A stretch of 64,000 nt of DNA from a virus (lineage: Duplodnaviria; Heunggongvirae; Uroviricota; Caudoviricetes), in the IMG/VR virus record IMGVR_UViG_3300029288_004479; one strand, written 5' to 3'. This document shows, one piece after another, positions 18,774 through 27,347 of the stretch. The stretch's first letter is position 1. Each line of letters opens with the position of its first letter. The position numbers and the translations under genes were made by a program. The notes below the pieces were generated by a model. That model was not told the DNA's origin and made no database searches. It saw nothing but the letters and a program-made list of their open reading frames with translations.

Positions 18774-19853
18774 CAGGTTTACTCTTCTCAGGTCTCTGCA
18801 TTAGCGGAGAAGTCCGGTAACGGCACAGAACTTATTTCATTGTATATCCCCGGAACGAAACGGGTCGATGATATCACTCAAAGATTACGGGACGAACATT
18901 GTTCATGTGGCAATATCAAAAGTAAACAGACCAGAACAAACGTCCAGAAAGCGTTATCAGCAATAATCGCACGGTTATCTGGAGGTATCAAAACCTTCCC
19001 GGAAAACGGTATAATAATCTATTGTGGGGAAGTCGCGTTAGATCGTGGCGATAAAACCGAGTTCGAATATTATACATTCACACCGCCGCAACCGGTAAAA
19101 TCGTTTAGTTACAAATGTGACGCCAAGTTCGATACGGGTGACGCGCTCGCGCTCGCATCTGAAAAAGATACATATGCATTAATTGTGTTGGATCTACAGG
19201 AAGCGTGTTGGGGGACGCTTGAAGGATCAGCAATTCATGTTATGGGAACTTATGATTCAATCGTGCCGAACAAGCACGGACAAGGGGGGCAATCACAACA
19301 CAGGTTTGAACAATTAAGGCAGATTGCAATCAATGAATATTTTATAAAACTCTCGGAACGTGTTAACACATCGTTCCTCCCCTTGCTTGAGAAAAGCGTT
19401 CTCAAAGGCATTCTAATCGGCGGGTGTGGTATGACGAAAGACGAGTTCGTGAAAAGCGAGCATATGCACCACGAGTTACGGAAGGTTATTATTGGCACGT
19501 TTGACACGTCATATACTAACGAATATGGGTTAACAGAACTGGTCGAAGCATCGAAGAACAACCTGAAAGATATCGGGTTACGCGATGAGAAGATAGCATT
19601 CGACGAGTTCCTGAAAGAGTTGGCACGCGAATCTGGGAAAGTTGCATATGGAGTATCGGAAGTTCTACACAAAGCCGAGATCGGGCAGGTCAAGCGGGTG
19701 TTATTATCAACGTCTCGTGTTAACTTATATGATCAGATTGAGGAGAAAAACACTACTAATTATCAATTAGTATTAATCTCAAAAGATTCCGATAGCGGGT
19801 CGATGCTCGACAAAGGGTTCGGTGGGATTGTGGCGGTGTTGAGGTATGGATAG
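18774..19853 (+). CDS. prf1: archaeal peptide chain release factor aRF1 (domains 1-3), with no canonical start codon downstream of the in-frame TGA
   Basis: GNGTELISLYIP, NIKS, YxCxxxF (YKCDAKF) and GGQ (HGQGGQSQHRF) motifs; the first ATG/GTG/TTG in frame is TTG at 18840, inside the conserved domain. Confidence 0.8.
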   Translation, partial: QVYSSQVSALAEKSGNGTELISLYIPGTKRVDDITQRLRDEHCSCGNIKSKQTRTNVQKALSAIIARLSGGIKTFPENGIIIYCGEVALDRGDKTEFEYYTFTPPQPVKSFSYKCDAKFDTGDALALASEKDTYALIVLDLQEACWGTLEGSAIHVMGTYDSIVPNKHGQGGQSQHRFEQLRQIAINEYFIKLSERVNTSFLPLLEKSVLKGILIGGCGMTKDEFVKSEHMHHELRKVIIGTFDTSYTNEYGLTELVEASKNNLKDIGLRDEKIAFDEFLKELARESGKVAYGVSEVLHKAEIGQVKRVLLSTSRVNLYDQIEEKNTTNYQLVLISKDSDSGSMLDKGFGGIVAVLRYG

Positions 19854-19868
19854 AAAAATTAATTAAAT

Positions 19869-20216
19869 TTAAATCCTCTCACACCCTATTATAAATCTAC
19901 ATCCTCCATAATGGACGCAGGCAAATCCTGTGATAAGGGGTTCCTCCGTTTTAATTGTATATTGTGAACTAACATTCATTTTAGCATAAATTTGATCTGT
20001 TGCAACGAAGTCCCCGTTTGTTGTATTTATAATTGGTGTCAAAGCACAATAAACACCACAACTCGTATTAACATATTTTGAGTTGACGACAACATTATAA
20101 GTTTCATATTTTGGTATTGGTATACCTACAATTATGAAACCAACTAAAAAAAGAGTAATAAAGAATAAACAGGCAAGAGGTACAGCAACACTATCAAGAC
20201 CATTCCCTTCAGTCAT
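19869..20216 (-). CDS. membrane-anchored protein, minus-strand tandem paralog A
   Basis: N-terminal TM segment; VNSK..SCG.Y conserved block shared with 20217..20564. Confidence 0.5.
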   Translation of the reverse strand: MTEGNGLDSVAVPLACLFFITLFLVGFIIVGIPIPKYETYNVVVNSKYVNTSCGVYCALTPIINTTNGDFVATDQIYAKMNVSSQYTIKTEEPLITGFACVHYGGCRFIIGCERI

Positions 20217-20564
20217 CTAAATCACCGTTGCATTCTGCACAACACGACACATATTATTTTGGCAGAGTGTGCCATACCCCATACCGATTTCAACGGTATT
20301 AAAAAGATATGATCTGTTTATCTGAATATTAGAATATATTGATGAGTTAACAGAGAACGTCCCGGAACTCGTTGTTATCATGGGGGCATCAAAACAACCA
20401 TACCTCCCGCAACTTTTATGGAACCATTTTGAATTAACAGTGACATTATCATATTGTTTATATTCAACGATTGGGATACCAATTAAAGTGAATAAAATAA
20501 AAAAGACCGCAATTATTCCGATAATACCAATTAAAATGGCAAAAAGATCAGTGGTGTCAACCAT
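20217..20564 (-). CDS. membrane-anchored protein, minus-strand tandem paralog B
   Basis: Internal Met start (MVDTTD...); paralog of 19869..20216. Confidence 0.5.
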   Translation of the reverse strand: MVDTTDLFAILIGIIGIIAVFFILFTLIGIPIVEYKQYDNVTVNSKWFHKSCGRYGCFDAPMITTSSGTFSVNSSIYSNIQINRSYLFNTVEIGMGYGTLCQNNMCRVVQNATVI

Positions 20565-20652
20565 ATTAAAGAATAATGAGATACTATGTAATAACCTTTT
20601 CCGGCAGAAGAACATATAAACGCCCCTCACATTACATATATATTAGATAACA

Positions 20653-21741
20653 ATGCCAAACGAATTATCTTTTACCACAATGGCAATAATAGCGGTATTA
20701 GCTGTGTGTGGGATGATGGGATTGGGAATGTATGGGTATTACTTGCATTCCCAACAACAAGGAGAAGAACAACCAATACCAACGGTTGAACCAACCGAAG
20801 AAATCCCAACACCGATCCCGACTATTGTTCCGACACCCGTTCCGGCGATGACGACAACGCCGATAACAATTTTACCGACAGCAAATGTTACGATAAATGA
20901 GACTACCGTATTACCGACCTTTACAAGCGCGTTACCCACGCATACATACGCATATGTATTGCGCGGGAAGGAAAGTAACCTATCAGTAGGCATCTCGACA
21001 GAGGTTTATAGGAGTCTTTTATTAAAAACTAACCCGGTTGCATGTTACAGGAACGCAACCGATGTAAACACTACGTGTAATGTATCCGAGAACCGGCAGT
21101 ATTATCTGGAAATGTTAAACGAACCGTCAGAAGTGCCATATATGAACGAACTCGTCGAGCAGATCCAGAGTGAGATGGTGGATAAAGACGATCAGGCAAG
21201 GATCGCAATAAGTCTGGTTCAGAAATTGAGTTACGATAATGATACATATACAGCAATTAAAGCAGACCCATATACTAGACAGAGATATCCGTATGAAGTG
21301 TTATCAAGACATATGGGTGTCTGCGGAGACAAGTCGTTACTGTTAGCATACCTTTTAAGAGATCTCGGGTATGGCGTAGTACTATTTGATTTCGAGAACG
21401 AGAGTCACATGGCAGTCGGTATAAAATCACCCCTCCCGTATAGTTACAAGGATACCGGGTATGCATTTATTGAGACAACAGAACCAACAATAATTACAGA
21501 CAGTGATAGGGAATATATCAATGTGGGAGAAATCAGGTCTACACCGATAGTATACCAGATATCAGAAGGTGCCACAATGGAAACCGTTAACGAAGAGTTT
21601 GCCGATGCGCAGATATTTGAGACACTTATAGGATTAGGTGACAATAACGGGTACTCGTTACCGAAGAGCCAGTATACGTTGTGGCAATCGCTGGTTGAGA
21701 AATATGGATTAAATGTAAATTCTAATATAGTGAAAATTTAG
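20653..21741 (+). CDS. membrane-anchored transglutaminase-like cysteine protease with Pro/Thr-rich linker
   Basis: N-terminal TM segment; PTPIPTIVPTPVP linker; GVCGDKSLLLAYLLRDLG...SHMAV (Cys-His core). Confidence 0.5.
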   Translation: MPNELSFTTMAIIAVLAVCGMMGLGMYGYYLHSQQQGEEQPIPTVEPTEEIPTPIPTIVPTPVPAMTTTPITILPTANVTINETTVLPTFTSALPTHTYAYVLRGKESNLSVGISTEVYRSLLLKTNPVACYRNATDVNTTCNVSENRQYYLEMLNEPSEVPYMNELVEQIQSEMVDKDDQARIAISLVQKLSYDNDTYTAIKADPYTRQRYPYEVLSRHMGVCGDKSLLLAYLLRDLGYGVVLFDFENESHMAVGIKSPLPYSYKDTGYAFIETTEPTIITDSDREYINVGEIRSTPIVYQISEGATMETVNEEFADAQIFETLIGLGDNNGYSLPKSQYTLWQSLVEKYGLNVNSNIVKI

Positions 21742-21769
21742 TTCACAAAAAGCGAACAAGAGACGAATA

Positions 21770-21985
21770 GTGAACATGTTTAAATACAATGAAGTAAATG
21801 ATTACTATCAGGTAATTATTATGGAGAACGAACCTGAGCAAACATCAAATCCAGATGTTACACAGCCGGAGACAGCATCAAAAGCCGTCCCCGAAGTGAC
21901 GACACAACCGGTTTCAGCAGAAGACGCATCGAAAGCGAAAGCGAAAGGCGGATTCTTCGGAGACCCGATTTTTATCGTCGAATAA
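21770..21985 (+). CDS. hypothetical acidic protein
   Basis: 71 aa ORF. Confidence 0.35.
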   Translation: MNMFKYNEVNDYYQVIIMENEPEQTSNPDVTQPETASKAVPEVTTQPVSAEDASKAKAKGGFFGDPIFIVE

Positions 21986-22006
21986 TCTTTTTAATCTTTT
22001 TTCACT

Positions 22007-22603
22007 ATGACAAGATATTCAGGCTCAAAAGCCTTAGATGCGAATATTAAAGTCGATTTTGACAAGAATGAAGTCGCGATGGATTATTCACTTAATAAAT
22101 ATGGATCTATCTGGTCGAGCAACCAATGTCAATTGCCATTAAAGGGGTGGAGAGACGCAACGGTTCTATCCCGACTCAAATATATATTCGTAAACGATTT
22201 TTTGTTATCTCTTGCATATATGATAGCGGGAGTTGTTTATTACTTCCCATCGACGTTACTAAACTCATATGGTATAGTAAAGAATCAAAAATATCAGTAT
22301 TATCACCAGAGTTCTCTGAAATGGTTTTATACACATATTGGTGGAATGTACACTCAAAAACATGAAGGCGAGTTAACTACTGATCATATAGAATTCCAGA
22401 TAAGTCTTAATTGTTGGGTGGGGTATAACCTTAATGGGGATTACAAGAATATGGTAAAATCAATTGAGTTGAGGCGCAGAATGGTCGATTATAAAAGGTA
22501 CGGAGCATTCCCAACAAAAGTCCAGAGGGGATGGGAAGTTGCATTTACGTTTAATGGAATCCCGAAAATCGGGTCATGTGAAATTGAATATGTGGGGTTA
22601 TAA
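22007..22603 (+). CDS. hypothetical protein
   Basis: 198 aa ORF. Confidence 0.45.
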   Translation: MTRYSGSKALDANIKVDFDKNEVAMDYSLNKYGSIWSSNQCQLPLKGWRDATVLSRLKYIFVNDFLLSLAYMIAGVVYYFPSTLLNSYGIVKNQKYQYYHQSSLKWFYTHIGGMYTQKHEGELTTDHIEFQISLNCWVGYNLNGDYKNMVKSIELRRRMVDYKRYGAFPTKVQRGWEVAFTFNGIPKIGSCEIEYVGL

Positions 22604-22605
22604 GA

Positions 22606-23190
22606 ATGGATATTGATAAGAAATTTGGATTGTTAATCTGTGGAATAGTTATACTAGGATTATTTGTTGGCGCGTATATCTTCTTTGGACAAGAGGATAC
22701 AACCGAATATGAACCGATTAAACCAACCGTAATCGTGCCGGAAATAATAACGCCGACACCAACCCCCACGACGGCACCAACACCAGTTGTTGTGGAGACT
22801 CCAAAAGTACCGACCCAAGTAATGTTTACGGTATTAAGTACAGAAGAGAATGGATTCCATGTAAGGACAACAGATTATAGGACGTTCACATTACACAAAT
22901 TTGATAATTGGGTCAGTATAATGCCCAACAAAGTATATTCCTGTGAACTCGACGCATCAGAAAGTGTTGTGAACGACTGTAAATTATATAAATATCAGAA
23001 CAATCCGTATATTATTTACCCTCTAGATGAGTCATATTATCGTTATAAACAAAGTATCACAACCGAATATTACTGGTTTGGTGATCAGTGTATAAAATGC
23101 TCGAATAAGTTATGTGAGTTTTTTAAACCGTCCCAAACGCCGATGTGGAGTGCGTATCAGCAGTTCCCGCCATATACGGTATACTTGTAA
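22606..23190 (+). CDS. membrane-anchored protein with Pro/Thr linker
   Basis: TM segment plus TPTPTPTTAPTPVVVETP linker. Confidence 0.45.
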   Translation: MDIDKKFGLLICGIVILGLFVGAYIFFGQEDTTEYEPIKPTVIVPEIITPTPTPTTAPTPVVVETPKVPTQVMFTVLSTEENGFHVRTTDYRTFTLHKFDNWVSIMPNKVYSCELDASESVVNDCKLYKYQNNPYIIYPLDESYYRYKQSITTEYYWFGDQCIKCSNKLCEFFKPSQTPMWSAYQQFPPYTVYL

Positions 23191-23253
23191 CGGCCAAAAA
23201 CCATTAAATATTATTATACCCTTTTTTCTTTATCTGTCTAATGGAGTTTAATC

Positions 23254-23691
23254 ATGGCGTTTCTTGATATAGGGTTTGGAGAATTCCCCCACGAAAAAGC
23301 CACGCATGGTGTGGATATTCAACCCGAATCAAATTTAACTGGGTTAGCGAGACGATATGGCCCGGTTGCCGTGAAAAATATGAAACAGGTTATGGCGCAA
23401 AAAGGACACTTTTATTTTAATTTCGATTATAACAAAACCAAATTACCGTATCAAAATAATTATTTCTCGACGGTGTATTCAAGCCATTCGCTCAATATAT
23501 TCGGCAACGAATTTGCATTAAAGGAGGCCATCAGAGTTCTAAAAAAAGGTGGGGTGTTAATTATACGAACGGGATCTGAAGATCCAAAAGAGCACAGGCA
23601 ACTTGCAATGGAACTAAAGAAACACAGACTTAAAAATGTGGCTATTAAACCCGGAGAAAGGCGGTCAGATCTAATAATTGGCATAAAATAA
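23254..23691 (+). CDS. small divergent SAM-methyltransferase-like protein (paralog of the 14824..15546 C-terminus)
   Basis: LDIGFGEF (degenerate motif I); LPYQNNYFSTVYS...RVLKKGGVLII. Confidence 0.45.
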   Translation: MAFLDIGFGEFPHEKATHGVDIQPESNLTGLARRYGPVAVKNMKQVMAQKGHFYFNFDYNKTKLPYQNNYFSTVYSSHSLNIFGNEFALKEAIRVLKKGGVLIIRTGSEDPKEHRQLAMELKKHRLKNVAIKPGERRSDLIIGIK

Positions 23692-23863
23692 GAAAACCAT
23701 TATCTATAATCATCTTTTAATTTATTGCTACTAATCAACATTTAAGCAAAATGTGTGATAATACGAAACTATATTACTGTTAATAACATACATCTTGTAA
23801 GAACTCACATATGAGGTAGTTATTACGAGCGAAGACGAACTTTTACAAATATACACTCGTTTA

Positions 23864-24898
23864 GTGAAAGCCAAGTGTCCTACGGATATATTTGGTTCGC
23901 CGTTAACTTCAGACAATGTTACAACTTATTATAAAAGTATAGTTAAAATAACGCATCCTGACCATTATAACGGCAACAGGAAATTAGTGTATGTCGCAGA
24001 GGAAGCTACTAAAATATTAAATTCTTATTACAAAGAAGCAAAAGATACTATCGAAGGAAAAACACCTCCGTCTAACACGTCCTTTAAAAATGTCGTGTAT
24101 GACACATACTTTAAAACAGGAGATTGCGAGTATTGGCTGTCAAACAAATTTATCGACGATAATTTCTGTAGAGTTTATATGGGAGAAAGAAAATCACCGA
24201 CAGGCAATGAAGATATTTGCCTGAAAATATCGAAAGATCCTGAAGATAACTACTTACTGATCAACGAATCGGAGATCCTGAAAAAAATCTCACATAAGTC
24301 AATGCCAATATTGGTGGATACTTTTGTGACTAATGATGGGAATGAGGCTAATGTTATAAGAAAAGTCAATGAAAGTTATGACCTGATCAAGATAAAAGAA
24401 ATGTATCCTGATGGCGTATCACAAGAACACGTTGTATGGATGATGGATCGTCTGTTGAGCGTTATGGGGTATTTGCACATTAACAACGTAATTCATGGGG
24501 GGATAGAACCGGGCAATATCCTTATAACTCCATATAACCATAACGCAACACTTATCGATTATATATTTGCAATTGACGAGGCAAACAAACCCGGTATGAA
24601 ATATTCCGGCGTAAACGAGTTCAGTGCGCCGGAGATCAGCAAGGGCTCAAAACCACATCCGGCGACGGACATGTATTCATTGGGAAAAGTTATGGAATAT
24701 ATCATTACTGATAACAACGGAGAATTTAAGAATGATGTAGACAGTCGATTAAAAAATTTCATATCAGGGTTTACACAAAAAAACCCGTCGGAAAGAGCGA
24801 GTGATGCATGGGAATATTGGTATAAACTGAGATCTTTACGAGAAGAAATCTTCGGGGCAAGAAACCAGTTCTTACCATTTAATATAAAAAAGATTTAA
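23864..24898 (+). CDS. J-domain fused to a protein-kinase-like domain that is likely catalytically dead
   Basis: HPD tripeptide in KITHPDHYNG...AEEATKIL; kinase-like CLKIS, HGGIEPGNILI (HRD to HGG), SAPE, DMYSLG. Confidence 0.5.
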   Translation: MKAKCPTDIFGSPLTSDNVTTYYKSIVKITHPDHYNGNRKLVYVAEEATKILNSYYKEAKDTIEGKTPPSNTSFKNVVYDTYFKTGDCEYWLSNKFIDDNFCRVYMGERKSPTGNEDICLKISKDPEDNYLLINESEILKKISHKSMPILVDTFVTNDGNEANVIRKVNESYDLIKIKEMYPDGVSQEHVVWMMDRLLSVMGYLHINNVIHGGIEPGNILITPYNHNATLIDYIFAIDEANKPGMKYSGVNEFSAPEISKGSKPHPATDMYSLGKVMEYIITDNNGEFKNDVDSRLKNFISGFTQKNPSERASDAWEYWYKLRSLREEIFGARNQFLPFNIKKI

Positions 24899-24913
24899 AG
24901 GAGTAGTATTATT

Positions 24914-25891
24914 ATGGGTGGCGGAAGCTATGACAGGGATGTAGGATCTTCATCCTCATCAGGAACGTTTTCAAGTGGCGGAACATCGAGTTCATCAGCA
25001 CGAGCAGCAATGGGAAGCAGGGATCAACCCAAGAGTACAAAAGTACAAAACCGAAGGGTTGAATCTAAATCAGAAAGTCCTATTGTTATCAATCTGGATG
25101 TAACCGGGTCAAACATAGAGTTTGCAAGGATAGTGTATGATAAATCACCGATGCTTTTCGGTCAGATCGAGCAGCAGGGGTATTTAAAGAATTTTGATAT
25201 CTGCTTTTCGGCGACGGGAGATGCAAATTCCGACAGTTGCCCGATTCAGGTATGTGATTTCAATACCGGTATAAAGTTAGACGACGAGCTTAAAAAGATA
25301 TATTTAGAAGGTGGTGGCGGGGGTCAGCTAAAAGAAACGTATGAACTCTCGGCGTATTACTTTGCACATTACTGTGACATGGTTAATGCAAAGACACCCT
25401 TTATGTTCTTTATCGTAGACGAAGCGCCATATAAAACTGTGCAGAAAGAGTTCATAGAGCAATATATGGGAGATTCGGTCGGAGAAGATATTGATTCAAA
25501 ACAGGTCTTCAGAGATCTCTTTAAGAAATTTCATGGCAACGTATTCATCTTCCAGAACAAGTATCTGGGATCGAGAAGCAGCGAGACAGAAGAGATCCGG
25601 GATGAATGGAGAGAGGTTCTTGGAAATACCTATAAGGATCATCTGATTCCGATAGAGGAAGAAAAGTCTATTGTTGACCTGATACTCGGAACAATAGCGA
25701 TGGTTTCCGGGTCGAGGAGTCTTACAACATACAAATCTGACATGGTATCAAGAGGACAGACAGACACCAGAATAGCGAAAGTTGAGAAATCCCTCCAAAC
25801 AATCTCAAAATCCATTGTTCCGAGAGTAAACGTTGATTTACCTACCGATACGGGTTCAGGAACGAAAAAACATACTGCGAGAAAGTTATAA
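24914..25891 (+). CDS. vWA-like domain protein with G/S-rich N-terminus
   Basis: INLDVTGSN MIDAS-like motif (DxTGS). Confidence 0.45.
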   Translation: MGGGSYDRDVGSSSSSGTFSSGGTSSSSARAAMGSRDQPKSTKVQNRRVESKSESPIVINLDVTGSNIEFARIVYDKSPMLFGQIEQQGYLKNFDICFSATGDANSDSCPIQVCDFNTGIKLDDELKKIYLEGGGGGQLKETYELSAYYFAHYCDMVNAKTPFMFFIVDEAPYKTVQKEFIEQYMGDSVGEDIDSKQVFRDLFKKFHGNVFIFQNKYLGSRSSETEEIRDEWREVLGNTYKDHLIPIEEEKSIVDLILGTIAMVSGSRSLTTYKSDMVSRGQTDTRIAKVEKSLQTISKSIVPRVNVDLPTDTGSGTKKHTARKL

Positions 25892-26778
25892 TGTTAGTTG
25901 CCACACTACCCTCATTACATAACCGTGAACTCATTGAGGAAATCTTTTCAAACCCTTTTGTGGGTGGTGTCAGGTATAACATCGGAGTAAGATCGAAATA
26001 TTCCCCAGAAGACACACTTCATCATCTTAATACATATACAGATAGATACGACAAACCCGTATGGATCGATCTTAAAGGAAGACAACTTCGTATAACAAAA
26101 TGGGCAGATCCTACCTATGGCGATATAGAACTTAACAGGAACATCTCAACAAGTCTCCCTGCAAAAGTCTATTTCAGAGGAGATGAAAATTGCTATACGC
26201 TCGATGATTATATGGATAACAAATTGTTTATTTACCCCGATCCACGTTATGCACTTGGAGCTGGGCAAGCTCTTAATATTATAAGTAACAATTGTAAAAT
26301 TATCGGAGATTACCTCACTCAGAAAGATATTGATTATATCAAAGCATCGGATAATGCCGGTATTCACGATTATATGTTATCTTTCGTTGAAACACAGTCT
26401 GATATTAAGGAAGTTCTGGCAGTTGATCCGAAAGCGAAACCGATACTGAAAATTGAGTCCATTAGTGGATTAGAGTTTGTAGAAAAAGAATATGGTGGGG
26501 AATACCAACTTATTGCTGCAAGGGATGACTTATCAATAAACTTAGAGAAAGATAACGTCAAAATGCAAAATGCTCTTACGCTCATCTTAAATAAAGATAA
26601 AAACGCGATAGTAGCCTCTAAAATATTTGAATCATTAAAGAGTGGTATTCCAGAAGATAAAACCGATATGTCCAACCTCATGAAAATGGGGTATAGAAAC
26701 TTTATGCTTGATGACACAATATCACAAAGATACTTCAAACAAGCAATACTGTTGTGGCAGCAATTGGTAGAACAATGA
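25891..26778 (+). CDS. pyruvate-kinase-like / HpcH-type TIM-barrel domain protein
   Basis: KILKIESISGLEFVEK...LIAARDDLSINL...ASKIFESL resembles PK KIENxEG / MVARGDLG / MLESM blocks. Confidence 0.45.
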   Translation: MLVATLPSLHNRELIEEIFSNPFVGGVRYNIGVRSKYSPEDTLHHLNTYTDRYDKPVWIDLKGRQLRITKWADPTYGDIELNRNISTSLPAKVYFRGDENCYTLDDYMDNKLFIYPDPRYALGAGQALNIISNNCKIIGDYLTQKDIDYIKASDNAGIHDYMLSFVETQSDIKEVLAVDPKAKPILKIESISGLEFVEKEYGGEYQLIAARDDLSINLEKDNVKMQNALTLILNKDKNAIVASKIFESLKSGIPEDKTDMSNLMKMGYRNFMLDDTISQRYFKQAILLWQQLVEQ

Positions 26779-27347
26779 AATCACCGTATGTTATTGGAAT
26801 ATGTGGCAGGACGTGTAGTGGCAAATCAACGGTTGTTGCCGAATTAGAGCGATCATTACCGAACGTATTGCATATTAAACAGGACAAGTTCTTCAAATTA
26901 CCTCATGACAAATCAATAAATTGGGAATCTCCCGATGCATTACGTAATGATCAACTGATCTATACGATTAAAAGGCTAAAAAACAATATGTCGGCACATA
27001 TCCCATCTCACGCATGGACGGAAAACTTTGATCGGGAAGTGTACCCGAAGGATTACATACTTATCGAAGGGTATCTGTTATTTGCAGTTGATGAGTTATA
27101 TCCTTTATTTGACAAAAGGATATGGATAGACGTATCGGATGAGATATTAATCAGCCGTAGGTTGAACCGCGCGTCAAATGGACGACTTGACGATATTGGA
27201 TATGTAAAAAATGTGGTTATACCATGTTCAAAACAATACGAATCCATTCAGAAATCACGCGCTCACATTATCATAGATGGGAACCGCGATAAGAACGAGG
27301 TTATAGAAGAATTTAAACGGTCGGTTCTTGGCGGTATTAAGGTATGA
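26775..27347 (+). CDS. uridine/cytidine kinase-like P-loop nucleoside kinase
   Basis: IGICGRTCSGKST P-loop; IKQDKFFK; ILIEGYLLF; RIWIDVSDEILISRRLNR. Confidence 0.65.
   Translation: MKSPYVIGICGRTCSGKSTVVAELERSLPNVLHIKQDKFFKLPHDKSINWESPDALRNDQLIYTIKRLKNNMSAHIPSHAWTENFDREVYPKDYILIEGYLLFAVDELYPLFDKRIWIDVSDEILISRRLNRASNGRLDDIGYVKNVVIPCSKQYESIQKSRAHIIIDGNRDKNEVIEEFKRSVLGGIKV

Noticed and set aside
20380-20619. Plus-strand ORF opposite the minus-strand paralog 20217-20564
   Set aside because: The minus-strand gene is supported by paralogy with 19869-20216. The plus-strand ORF is antisense noise.
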